Shown piece by piece: positions 10,415 to 19,529 of a stretch of 64,000 nt of DNA. A model generated the notes under the pieces. The model had not been told where the DNA came from, ran no database searches, and saw only the letters and a program-made list of their open reading frames with translations. The DNA comes from Microcoleus sp. Its GTDB lineage: Bacteria > Cyanobacteriota > Cyanobacteriia > Cyanobacteriales > Microcoleaceae. Within the stretch, counting starts at the first letter, position 1; each line of letters opens with the position of its first letter. Location of the stretch: positions 2,400,001-2,464,000 of the forward strand of contig CP181291.1 in assembly GCA_052279835.1 (NCBI GenBank), written 5' to 3'. Position numbers and translations under genes: made by a program.

Positions 10415-10724
10415 AGTGGTGTCTTGGTTAGAAGTTATTGTGGTAGTTGTCAATGCTGAAGCTGGGGGCTTCTGAATTTACTATTTCGATCTAAATTATG
10501 GGCGATCGCGACTCTGATTACCAGTCGTGGACGCCCAAACTAGATTTCTGAAGGTAATTGCTTCATTTTAGGTTGAGGACGATCGCGAGAAACTGGGTAT
10601 TTTTGACAGTCCTGGGCGCACTCTGAGTCAAAAACCTGGTTTCTGCGTGAATATTTGTCGAAAAAAACGACAATTTTTGGAAGAAACCGGGTTTTTTGCG
10701 TCCAGGACTATCTTCCTTCTTCCT

Positions 10725-11936
10725 TTACTGACCTTGCTTCAGCAACTGCTCAAAATCCGTTGGCGGCAAAGGACGACTGAACAAATATCCTTGCATATAA
10801 TCGCATTGATAGCGCATGATAAAATCTTTTTCGGATTCCGTTTCAACACCTTCGGCAATTACTTCCAGACAGAGACTGTGAGCCATTTCAATAATAGCTT
10901 TTACAATCGCTGCATTTCGAGAACCATCTGTGATATTACGAATAAATGAGCGGTCTATTTTTAAAGTATCGAAGGGGTATTGTGTCAGATAGCTTAAGGA
11001 AGAATAACCTGTTCCGAAATCGTCAATAGAAATAGAAACTCCCAATTTTTTCAATTGTGTCAAAGTAGCGATCGCGCTTTCGGTATCCTCTATCATCAAA
11101 CTTTCCGTTAACTCTAATTCTAAACTGTTTGGTTCCAAACCAATTTTTTCTAAAATTTCTGCCACTCTAGTGCTGAGTTCCGGTTGATGAAATTGACGAG
11201 GTGATAAATTAACCGCCACCCGCAACCCAGAAAAACCATCATTTTGCCAAGATTTTAAATGCTTGCAAGCTGTCTGCAATATCCACTCGCCCAAGGGTAT
11301 AATAAAGCCCGTTTCTTCAGCAACCGGAATAAATTCTGTAGGTGGAATCAATCCTTTTTCCGGGTGTATCCAGCGCACCAAAGCTTCTGCACTGACAATC
11401 TTACCGGTAGTTAGACTAACCTGGGGCTGATAGTAAACCTGGAATTCTTCTCGTCTTAAAGCAGTGTATAAGCTTTTTTTCAGTATGATTAATTTTTCAG
11501 AGGCATCTTGTTCTATGATATGCTCGTTGGTTTGTATTTGTAAATTATTGTATTGCTCGACAAAAGCTTCTTGTTTCTTCAACCGACTGGCGATCGCCCC
11601 TACCAGTTCAGCTTTAGTAAAAGGTTTAGTCAGGTAATCATCGGCTCCCAATTCCATGCCCTGCCGCATTTCAGCGCGATCGGCTTTACCAGTCAGAAAG
11701 ACAAAAGGTACTGTGGCAGTAGCAGGATTCGCTCGCAAGGCCATCAGCACCCCATAACCATTAAGTTCCGGCATGATCACGTCGCAAAGAATCACATCGG
11801 GCAGATTGGACATCGCTAAAGATAAGCCCTGCATTCCATTTTCGGCCCCCATCGCATCAAAACGTTCAAACTTGAGGATTTTGATAATATTCTCCCGAAT
11901 CACACGATCGTCCTCGATCACTAAAATTTTTTTCAT
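10725..11936 (-). CDS. Response regulator receiver + EAL c-di-GMP phosphodiesterase
   Basis: REC (IEDD, LCD, TKP) plus EAL, ELTE, DDFGTGYSSL, EGVE, QGYL. Confidence 0.92.
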   Translation of the reverse strand: MKKILVIEDDRVIRENIIKILKFERFDAMGAENGMQGLSLAMSNLPDVILCDVIMPELNGYGVLMALRANPATATVPFVFLTGKADRAEMRQGMELGADDYLTKPFTKAELVGAIASRLKKQEAFVEQYNNLQIQTNEHIIEQDASEKLIILKKSLYTALRREEFQVYYQPQVSLTTGKIVSAEALVRWIHPEKGLIPPTEFIPVAEETGFIIPLGEWILQTACKHLKSWQNDGFSGLRVAVNLSPRQFHQPELSTRVAEILEKIGLEPNSLELELTESLMIEDTESAIATLTQLKKLGVSISIDDFGTGYSSLSYLTQYPFDTLKIDRSFIRNITDGSRNAAIVKAIIEMAHSLCLEVIAEGVETESEKDFIMRYQCDYMQGYLFSRPLPPTDFEQLLKQGQ

Positions 11937-12237
11937 ATACTATTCCAGGACAGCGGTATAATTAATCATTTACCTCAACATCATCTAATCTAAACAATTG
12001 AAAAGCTACACCCCCCTGAGAAAATAACCAAATAGTACCGAAAAAAATTACAAACCTATGAAAAATATTAATTTTCACTGACAATTATATTAAGAATTAT
12101 TTAAGTTTTTATCCCCGACCGTATTAATATGAGGTTGATTAACAAATCTCTAAATTAATTATAAGTGCAATCCTCAAAATCGAGCGGGATAAATGCTAAA
12201 ATAGTTTTCCCACTTGTTAAGGCTAAACTCGCAAACA

Positions 12238-12393
12238 ATGTCAGCTTATTTACCCAGTGGATTCCCTGAACCCGCAGAGATTGGCACTATAGAAGTTAAG
12301 CAATATCCTCAGTACCGCGCTGTCACCTACTCCCACGCTGGTGATGTGCGACAAGCTACTGGGGTTGCCTTCAATCCCTTATTCCAACATATC
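12238..12393 (+). pseudogene. SOUL heme-binding protein, 5' part (interrupted at attL)
   Basis: IEVKQYP..R and AFNPLFQHI; continues in frame at 28156. Confidence 0.85.
12378..12393 (+). repeat. attL core CTTATTCCAACATATC
   Basis: Exact 16-bp direct repeat with 28140-28155. Confidence 0.92.
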
Positions 12394-12706
12394 GCCATTA
12401 TCACCAAGAATCAATACTTACAGCCGTCCGACTCGTAAATTCTAGACTGATTCTAGCTAGTTAACGTGTTTCTGTCGTTACAGCCGTTGAGTTAGCTTGC
12501 TTGTGAGCCGAGGTCGTCTAGATGAATTCTAGCTACAAAAGAGTCACCTCACCTCAGTACGTTAGCGACACCAAACTGTTTTTGCTTTGGAACCCAGTGG
12601 CCTCAAATGGGTGTTGTAGGTTGTAATCTGCGTCTTGTACCAGATATCACCATAGTCCGGTGAAGTTATGGTGTCACCATAAGCCATCTTGTCCAAGCGA
12701 TAAGCA

Positions 12707-13027
12707 CTAAAGCCACGCTTTAACATATCGGATCTCGTGAGTGCCTGAGCCCAGTATTCTGGTTTTGGCGTTAGGGTCTACAGGTGCGATCGCCACAATC
12801 GAGTTATGCACCTCTTTTGCTGATGGCTGCTTGGGATTTAAACAGCCATCATGTTCCACTAATCCTAAGCAGCATAGTTCAATTAGTTTATCTACGGCTG
12901 CACTCATGTTGCCTTGCGCACGCAAAAGTGCGACAGTCTTGGGCTTAAGAGTTAAGGACACTCTGATGGCATTTTTTGAATTCCCACCTGGAATTAAATT
13001 CTCTAAGGATTTAGGATTGATCGACAT
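12707..13027 (-). CDS. Small putative ribbon-helix-helix DNA-binding protein
   Basis: RVSLTLKPKTVALLRAQGNMSAAVDKLIE strand-helix-helix pattern. Confidence 0.5.
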   Translation of the reverse strand: MSINPKSLENLIPGGNSKNAIRVSLTLKPKTVALLRAQGNMSAAVDKLIELCCLGLVEHDGCLNPKQPSAKEVHNSIVAIAPVDPNAKTRILGSGTHEIRYVKAWL

Positions 13028-13090
13028 AGCGATAAAGTTATAATCGAGTCATACACATACATTGATTATAACTTTATCGCTATGTCGATC
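13019..13090. repeat. Perfect 27-bp inverted repeat, 18-nt loop
   Basis: GATCGACATAGCGATAAAGTTATAATC / GATTATAACTTTATCGCTATGTCGATC. Confidence 0.95.
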
Positions 13091-13107
13091 TTCCGATAAA
13101 GTCTAAA

Positions 13108-13172
13108 AGTCGGGGGGTGGAATCGAACCACCAAAGAATCGGCTTATGAGACCGACAAACTATCCACTGCGT
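13108..13172 (-). pseudogene. 5'-truncated tRNA with CAT anticodon (Met/Ile2-like)
   Basis: Anticodon arm TCGGT-CTCATAA-GCCGA, T-arm GGTGG-TTCGATT-CCACC, 3' acceptor strand CCCCGAC; no matching 5' acceptor strand. Confidence 0.65.
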
Positions 13173-13274
13173 AGATTTATGGGGTTATTTATACCCATAA
13201 AAAAGGATAGCCCCTACCCAAGACTACCCTTTACATAAAAAGCAAACTAAACTATTTCCTAATTTGATTATAGC

Positions 13275-13478
13275 TTAACCTAAGCTATCTGGCAAGACAA
13301 CGCCATCCAACGCAGCAATAGAATTTAGCTGTCCATTTAGGGCCTCAAAATCCGTCTTTACAAGTTCCAAGTCAGGTTCAATCTCGCATTCCCTGTAAAG
13401 CTCTTCAATCGCATCATTTTGTACTTCTAGGGACTTGAGTATTACCCTAATAATTGCAATCAGTTCAACGTTAATCAT
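13275..13478 (-). CDS. Small acidic hypothetical protein
   Basis: 67-aa ATG ORF co-oriented with the upstream block. Confidence 0.45.
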   Translation of the reverse strand: MINVELIAIIRVILKSLEVQNDAIEELYRECEIEPDLELVKTDFEALNGQLNSIAALDGVVLPDSLG

Positions 13479-13545
13479 TGATTATTGTATTACCTTTATC
13501 GGTGTACTAACTGTAGATTACAGCAGGCTCATGTGTTAAGTCAAA

Positions 13546-13803
13546 TTATTTGATAAGATTATTTTTTCTCTCTTTTTTGAGCTTTACTTTGACTGTCTTG
13601 ACAAAAGGCCTCATATCACCTTTTGTAAAATCATCTAATCCTTGGTGGCGTTTTTGTAAGGCTAAATCTAACTCCTTGTCTCTAAGAATTTGTTCCCTTT
13701 TTCTCAAAAACTCTCGGCGAATTATCGCTTTACTTGTAGCGGAGTCTTTGTCTTTACTGCCCCTGTTTTTACCAGGTGGCGCTGGTTTAGGCTGTTTACT
13801 CAT
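13546..13803 (-). CDS. Small basic hypothetical protein
   Basis: Start overlaps the end of the 754-aa gene; K/R-rich. Confidence 0.55.
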   Translation of the reverse strand: MSKQPKPAPPGKNRGSKDKDSATSKAIIRREFLRKREQILRDKELDLALQKRHQGLDDFTKGDMRPFVKTVKVKLKKERKNNLIK

Positions 13804-16060
13804 CTCTCAAAATCCTCACTATAGATTTTGACTCTGGCTTAAAAACCCACTTAACAATTGGCACTTTACTAGGTTGCAACATTTTGGCTAAAGTCTCTTC
13901 CACTTGACTGTCGGTCTTAGCTTTTGTGACATCAATCTTTTCAGGTTTTTTATTAGGGTCAAAACCCTTGTGGCCCTCATAAACTGTAAAACAGGCTGGA
14001 ATCTCCTCGACATCCAAATCCGGTTCAATTCCCAAGCACTCACTTAAAAACTCTATTTTACGAGTCTGTTCGGCAATAATTTGTAACAACTGGGTTGTTT
14101 GCATAATCATCGAAATTTCAAATTTTTGAGTCGAATCTCCATTGGACATCGCCTCAGCAACCATCTCGTAAACATCCCCAGCCCATGCCGTCGCATTAAC
14201 ACTTTGCCAAAGGTTGCCATGGGGCGAGGCTTTAGGATTTAGAATCAACCCATTAGCCAGCATTCTAAATAGAGCTTGATTTAGCTGATAGTAATCCTCG
14301 CAATCTTCATTGCCTGTACCACCGGGAGACAAGAATTGCTTAGCTACTGGAAATTTATTCTTTTTCAGTTTAGCAATTCCGAGATACTTGTAAATCTCAT
14401 CTACTTTTTTACAACAGTCCATAGGTTTTACTTTTGTAGGTTGATTTGGTAAGCGAGGGGGGTAGTATTTTGGCGCTGAAGGTGGTGCTACCAAAGGCGG
14501 CAGTATAGGAGTGCTACCGCTTGGGCAAGATGGGGGGGGTAAAGCGTCTAGCGGTGTTACTTTAAAACTGTAAGGTGTGCCATAAAAAACATACATTTCC
14601 TGTGGATAAGAAGGATTCCAATATTTTACCCTTTCAAAGCTATATTTGACTCGCAACACTTCAGTCCCTGTTTTTTGGTTGTCTATCCACCAAAACCCAT
14701 TTCTTAAAAATTCATAATAAGGATCATTTTCCTGTCTTTTACTTGAATAGACAAAACTATAATAATTAATTACTTCCGATATCCACTTACCTTTTCCTAG
14801 CTTGTAATCTGCATAGTATAAATCTGTTTTTTGAGGGTCTAATAATTGTGCGCTATTGTAGGCATTTGGGTTTCGGAATAATGACGCAAAATCTTGCGTT
14901 GTTTCGGTTAGCCAATCGTTTATGGTGCCTGTACCATTCCTTGTCGAAAATTGTAATTTGATTTGACTCCCATTTGAGCAATTTATCTCCGTTACTGGTT
15001 TTGAGACTGGCACAGGTGCCGGAGTTGGCTCAGTTCGAGGCCACGGACTAGGTCTTGGTACTGGCGCTGGCTTGGGTAGCTGTGGGCTGGGAGTAGGACG
15101 TGGCGTTTTTGGAGGCTTAGGAGTAGATTTGGGGCGCGGTGGTTTAGTTGGATTTGGTGATGGTGTTACAGGTTTTTTTAAGTTAATTGGTTGTGGTTTT
15201 GGACTGGGTTTTTTAGGTTTAAGTGACGGTTTAGGTGTTTTTTTTCTGATATCGGCTTTAGGTTTTTCAAGATTAATTTGAGGTTTCTTTTTTAAATCAA
15301 TTTGTGGTTTTTTCTTTGAGGGGACTGGTTCGACAGGTTTCTTTCTGATATCAGCCCTGGGTTTAGGGGTAGGCTTTTTAGGCGGGGTAGGCTTTTTGTC
15401 TTGGTGTGGTTTTACAGGTCGTTCTGACTGAGGACGCGGCGGTCGTTCTGGTTGCGATCGCGATCGCGCTGGTGGTCTCCGAATTGGCTGTCGCGGTGGC
15501 AGATTTGGGGAGTTTGGTCGTCTAGAACCTGTACCGGGCTTGATTCCACCTCCCAATTTTAAAGAGCCCTCATTTTGGGGGTCTCCTTGGTCACGAGCAA
15601 AAGTGGTACAAGCTTCAAGAGGGCCAAATCCGTAGCAAACTTGTATACTAAAGTTGCCAGCCGAATCCCTAGAAATCTCTACTTTTCCTCCAAAAGCCTC
15701 CCCAGAGATTGCAGCGTTACCCTGAGAGTCAGCACTCAGTCCCCCGCCAAAACCCAAGATACGCCCGCTAATACTGCCGCCAATTGACTCAATTCGCCCG
15801 TCTTCCCCTAGTTTGACAGTACCCTCTACAGAAGCACCGGATCTAGTTGCTTTGGAACCTAGTCCAGCATTAATCGAGGCTGTGCGATCGCCAGCATCAA
15901 ACGAGCCGTTTAATCGGTTGGCTTTTAGACCCAAAACGTCGCCTAAGTCTGCCTCCAAACTCGCTTCAGCACGAATACCACCTACAGTGCCTAGGGTTTT
16001 TTCGTAAGTAAGATTAAGGTTCGCATTGTTTTCTGGTGAAGAGCGATTACGACGTGGCAT
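13796..16060 (-). CDS. 754-aa putative virion protein: Gly-rich beta N-domain, Pro/Lys-rich linker, globular C-domains
   Basis: Long ORF; ~185-aa P/K low-complexity tract with repeated ADIRKK and KKPQI(D/N)L. Confidence 0.65.
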   Translation of the reverse strand: MPRRNRSSPENNANLNLTYEKTLGTVGGIRAEASLEADLGDVLGLKANRLNGSFDAGDRTASINAGLGSKATRSGASVEGTVKLGEDGRIESIGGSISGRILGFGGGLSADSQGNAAISGEAFGGKVEISRDSAGNFSIQVCYGFGPLEACTTFARDQGDPQNEGSLKLGGGIKPGTGSRRPNSPNLPPRQPIRRPPARSRSQPERPPRPQSERPVKPHQDKKPTPPKKPTPKPRADIRKKPVEPVPSKKKPQIDLKKKPQINLEKPKADIRKKTPKPSLKPKKPSPKPQPINLKKPVTPSPNPTKPPRPKSTPKPPKTPRPTPSPQLPKPAPVPRPSPWPRTEPTPAPVPVSKPVTEINCSNGSQIKLQFSTRNGTGTINDWLTETTQDFASLFRNPNAYNSAQLLDPQKTDLYYADYKLGKGKWISEVINYYSFVYSSKRQENDPYYEFLRNGFWWIDNQKTGTEVLRVKYSFERVKYWNPSYPQEMYVFYGTPYSFKVTPLDALPPPSCPSGSTPILPPLVAPPSAPKYYPPRLPNQPTKVKPMDCCKKVDEIYKYLGIAKLKKNKFPVAKQFLSPGGTGNEDCEDYYQLNQALFRMLANGLILNPKASPHGNLWQSVNATAWAGDVYEMVAEAMSNGDSTQKFEISMIMQTTQLLQIIAEQTRKIEFLSECLGIEPDLDVEEIPACFTVYEGHKGFDPNKKPEKIDVTKAKTDSQVEETLAKMLQPSKVPIVKWVFKPESKSIVRILRDE

Positions 16061-16092
16061 TGTAGTTTTATGGGTGTAAATATGGGGATAAA

Positions 16093-17400
16093 CTAATTTA
16101 TTAGTCCGTGAGTTCTTAGCGATTGCTCGACAGCTAGTAGCCTCTGAGCCGTCGAAAGTAGTGTAGCCGTGTCGGCAGAGAAAGCACCTTTGTTTGGTGT
16201 TCCCGTGCCTGGTGTCCAGCCAGTCTGACGCGCCCCTACAACTTGCAAGCCACTTACTTGGAAATTAGACGCAGAGACTGCCCCCCCTACAAACAAACTA
16301 CCCCCTACTCCTAAGCCACCAGTTACTACCAGCGCTCCTGTAGTAGGGGATGTAGATGGAACTGTAAGAGGGATTTTAACGTTATCAATTATTAACAATT
16401 TTACTAAAGCAACACTTCCATTGGTTCCTGTTGCTAACCCAGATTCGTAACAAAATGCAATTCCTGGTTGGTAGAAATTGACCCCTATAAATCCACCCGA
16501 AGCGGCGTTAGATAATAACGCAGTTCCTGTCCAGCCATAGCCAGAGTAAAACCCAACTTGAGAATTAACTGTGGATAAAATTTCTCCATTTACGCCAAAT
16601 TTAGTATTAGGGCTATTAAAATTTTTAACACCTGATACAGTTTGATTTCCGGTTAAACCAATATATCTAGCGTCACCTCTAGAATTAGTGAGATAGTTAT
16701 TGTGTTCGTCGCCAGTTGTGTGCTGCGTTAGTACAGTAGCCAAATCAATTTGCTCAACAAACTGAGTCTGAGAAATTACTTCAACAATGCCGTTATTTGC
16801 ACTATTACGCCCTAATAAAGTGTTAGAAGGAAGATTTACCAGCTTTCCTTCTAAAGCCAACTCCAAAGCTGCAATACGCGCCGACAGTTCGGTCAAATCA
16901 TTTTTTTTTGACACGTCAATTGTGAAACCTAAAGACAACGAGATTAAGTCGGTATCCCAGAGTAACCCGTCACCATAGTCTACCAATTGAAATCCCAAAG
17001 CGTCATTTTTTTCTAGCAGTCGTGTTGGATAGCCCAGTCTAGTTCTGAGGTCTAAATAGTCTTTTCTACCGTAATTGAGCAACACATATTCGGCAATTTC
17101 GTTCCAATTCCCTGTGTTGTTTTTACGAGTTAAAACCTTTAATCCAATCTTTTGAGAACTAGACTCCGCTTTGGTTAAGGCAAGCAATTTCTCGCCGTCG
17201 GTTTCTTCTCCTGTTAAGTCGGGAATCTTGCCAATGTTCAAGCTGGTTATGTTTACTACGGCTAGCGCTTGGTCTAAGTAAAAAGCAGTGAGCTCGTTAT
17301 CTTCAAAAGTAAGATCTCGAAAATGAGCAATTTCTACGATTGTATTGGCTACGTAGCTAGGCAGAAAAGAATAATTAAAAGTGCGTGACTGAAGTGCCAT
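16093..17400 (-). CDS. Putative receptor-binding fibre/spike protein
   Basis: LTGNQTVSGVKNF and STSPTTGALVVTGGLGVGG fibre motifs; C-terminal QVVGARQTGWT..GTPNKGAF..LRTHGLIN resembles tailspike C-terminal domains. Confidence 0.7.
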   Translation of the reverse strand: MALQSRTFNYSFLPSYVANTIVEIAHFRDLTFEDNELTAFYLDQALAVVNITSLNIGKIPDLTGEETDGEKLLALTKAESSSQKIGLKVLTRKNNTGNWNEIAEYVLLNYGRKDYLDLRTRLGYPTRLLEKNDALGFQLVDYGDGLLWDTDLISLSLGFTIDVSKKNDLTELSARIAALELALEGKLVNLPSNTLLGRNSANNGIVEVISQTQFVEQIDLATVLTQHTTGDEHNNYLTNSRGDARYIGLTGNQTVSGVKNFNSPNTKFGVNGEILSTVNSQVGFYSGYGWTGTALLSNAASGGFIGVNFYQPGIAFCYESGLATGTNGSVALVKLLIIDNVKIPLTVPSTSPTTGALVVTGGLGVGGSLFVGGAVSASNFQVSGLQVVGARQTGWTPGTGTPNKGAFSADTATLLSTAQRLLAVEQSLRTHGLIN

Positions 17401-17420
17401 TTTGTTTTTTGGTTAATTGA

Positions 17421-18383
17421 TTAAATCATTGATACCATATCTGAAAAAGCGTCGCTAGCTCCCTCCTTAAGTCCTTCTAAAAAATTACCTAGCGCTGGAT
17501 TTTCTTCGGTTATTTTTTCTATTTTGTTGTCAATTACAGAGTTTATTGTAAAAGTTTGTCCTTCTTGTATGCCCCAATTTTTTATTCTGTTATCAATTGC
17601 CGGGATACCCGTCCTAATGTTGTTTCTCGCAAATTTTCGTAGTTCTAGGTAGCCTAATTTGGTAGCCAAAGTCCGCGCGTAACGAATAAAAGTATTAGCT
17701 ATTTCGCCCATCGCATCAATTAATTCATCAGAAATGTCATTCCCGTCCTCAATCTCTTTCGTGATGCTTAATGAAGCTGCTGCGGTAAGGTTCAGAGTTA
17801 ATTTGGGATTGGTTTTTGCCCCTCCAAAAGCAAGATTTACTAACATTCTCCCAGTGCTTTCTCCTACTTGATTTAGAAAAGTATTGTAGCCGTTTTTTAA
17901 TTCTTCTAAGATTGATTTATCGGATTGTGACCAGTCTAAATTAAAAATTGTATTTGTTGTGCCGAGTATTACCTGCTGTAGTGTTGGAAGTAACGCGCCG
18001 ACGGCAATGCCACCAAATTTTAAACCTCCCAAGTAGGCCCACATTGAACCTATGCCGCCCGAAACCACAGCGGTTAGTCCGCTGGCTGAACCAATAAACC
18101 AGCCCGCTACAGCTACCGCTACGCCTCCCGCGATCGCACTACCGGGGTCATTTTTAAACCAGTCACCAAAGATCTTCCAGTCGCCACGCGCGATCGCACC
18201 CAGTAACTCTTTGCCTCCCTCAAACATTCTTTTGCCGAGATCTAAGGCACTTTTAACGCCAGCCTTGATGCCGTTCCAAACTGTGCCAGCGGCATCTTGT
18301 AGCCATTTGTCTGGGATAATTCCTTCAGTAGAAAAAGCAAGGGCGCTTGACTCTAATGTGACACCAAAAGTTTGAGTAGCCAT
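17421..18383 (-). CDS. Gly/Ala-rich protein with hydrophobic segments (membrane or DNA-delivery candidate)
   Basis: AIAGGVAVAVAGWFIG and adjacent hydrophobic stretches. Confidence 0.6.
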   Translation of the reverse strand: MATQTFGVTLESSALAFSTEGIIPDKWLQDAAGTVWNGIKAGVKSALDLGKRMFEGGKELLGAIARGDWKIFGDWFKNDPGSAIAGGVAVAVAGWFIGSASGLTAVVSGGIGSMWAYLGGLKFGGIAVGALLPTLQQVILGTTNTIFNLDWSQSDKSILEELKNGYNTFLNQVGESTGRMLVNLAFGGAKTNPKLTLNLTAAASLSITKEIEDGNDISDELIDAMGEIANTFIRYARTLATKLGYLELRKFARNNIRTGIPAIDNRIKNWGIQEGQTFTINSVIDNKIEKITEENPALGNFLEGLKEGASDAFSDMVSMI

Positions 18384-18436
18384 AGGTTTTGTAAGTGAAT
18401 AGATTTAGAATTTACCCCCTTAAATAAGGGGATAAA

Positions 18437-18934
18437 CTAGGTCAACAACCATTCTGTAGCGGTTTCGGTAACTATTCCACCGCTACCTAAAGTGGTAGAG
18501 TAAGGCAAAGACAAACTTCCTGAGTAAACTCCTTCCGTGTAGTCAAAATCAAGAGTAACTCCTGTTACTTGTTGAGGGTTTTTGGCCTTGTTTCTTTGCC
18601 AGACTAAAGCGTACAAGCAACAATCAATAAAATATTGAGCAAGAGTTGTACTTTTAATTGTCCCCAAAGGATTGCCAGCGTTAAAAGTAGCAGTAGAGTA
18701 ATAAGGCAAAGCGCCTTCAGCAAAAAGGCCTGTAGCTGCTGTGTAGGTTAGCTGACCCTGTAGAGTGAAAGTTGAGGACAAAATCCCATCCTCGCTTTTA
18801 TCGAGACTAAATTTATTTTCACCTCCGCTAGTATTAGATTCTAAAGAATTTATAAAGTGACAAAGCTGGAATAACTGACCCTCAATTGTTGTCGCGTTAA
18901 TTGTAGCGCCTGTACCTGCTGTAATTGTTGCCAT
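18437..18934 (-). CDS. Thr/Gly-rich putative structural protein with internal tandem duplication
   Basis: Two ~80-aa halves: ATINATTIEGQLFQLC / GTIKSTTLAQYFIDCC. Confidence 0.6.
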   Translation of the reverse strand: MATITAGTGATINATTIEGQLFQLCHFINSLESNTSGGENKFSLDKSEDGILSSTFTLQGQLTYTAATGLFAEGALPYYSTATFNAGNPLGTIKSTTLAQYFIDCCLYALVWQRNKAKNPQQVTGVTLDFDYTEGVYSGSLSLPYSTTLGSGGIVTETATEWLLT

Positions 18935-18938
18935 AAGC

Positions 18939-19151
18939 TTAAAGTTTAAATCCAGAGTTTCTAGAGACGAATTCTTCTACCCTTTCAAGTCTTTGCTCGT
19001 AGAATTCAAGCTTGTTCAAAAGTGTGGCGCGGTCAATTGCGTTTTGTCTAACGTGGGATAAAATTTTGTCTAGGTAAGACAAAATAGGGATTAAAGAAAC
19101 AATAACGCCAACTATTACGAAAATATCGACTTTCAAAGATAAGTTACTCAT
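18939..19151 (-). CDS. Small single-TM plus coiled-coil protein (holin-like or membrane protein)
   Basis: IFVIVGVIVSLIPILSYL followed by a heptad pattern. Confidence 0.55.
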   Translation of the reverse strand: MSNLSLKVDIFVIVGVIVSLIPILSYLDKILSHVRQNAIDRATLLNKLEFYEQRLERVEEFVSRNSGFKL

Positions 19152-19155
19152 TCAC

Positions 19156-19527
19156 TTAGGTGTCTCCTTTATATTCGTAAGCTAACAGTTCTCCTGCTGA
19201 CGCAACCTTAAGAAACAAATCAAAAGACAATTGATAGTTAGCTTTAAAAGGAAAAACTACCACACAAAGCTCATCAGAGAAAACTAATCTATTTTTTGTG
19301 ACCCTAGCCAAGCCTTGCCCTATCAATCCCGTATTAATGTGTTGATTTACATATCCTATTGCTTGTTTGTCCCAATAGGATTGCGTGACTTTTGCAGCTA
19401 TTGCTAGAATAGGGTTTTCTATAATAGTGGGAGAGAAAACCCTATTTAAAGGATTTTGCGAGCTATCGAAAGAGAGTGACCAAACTAACTCCCAATTCTC
19501 AGGTAAACCGCCAATGGCAACAGTCAT
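19156..19527 (-). CDS. Hypothetical beta-rich protein
   Basis: 123 aa, tightly packed in the operon. Confidence 0.55.
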   Translation of the reverse strand: MTVAIGGLPENWELVWSLSFDSSQNPLNRVFSPTIIENPILAIAAKVTQSYWDKQAIGYVNQHINTGLIGQGLARVTKNRLVFSDELCVVVFPFKANYQLSFDLFLKVASAGELLAYEYKGDT

Positions 19528-19529
19528 TG

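Noticed and set aside
12214..12438. Independent 74-aa gene
   Set aside because: It is the 5' part of the split SOUL gene plus 14 codons of read-through into the element
13108..13172. Functional tRNA-Met
   Set aside because: No 5' acceptor strand and a poor D-stem
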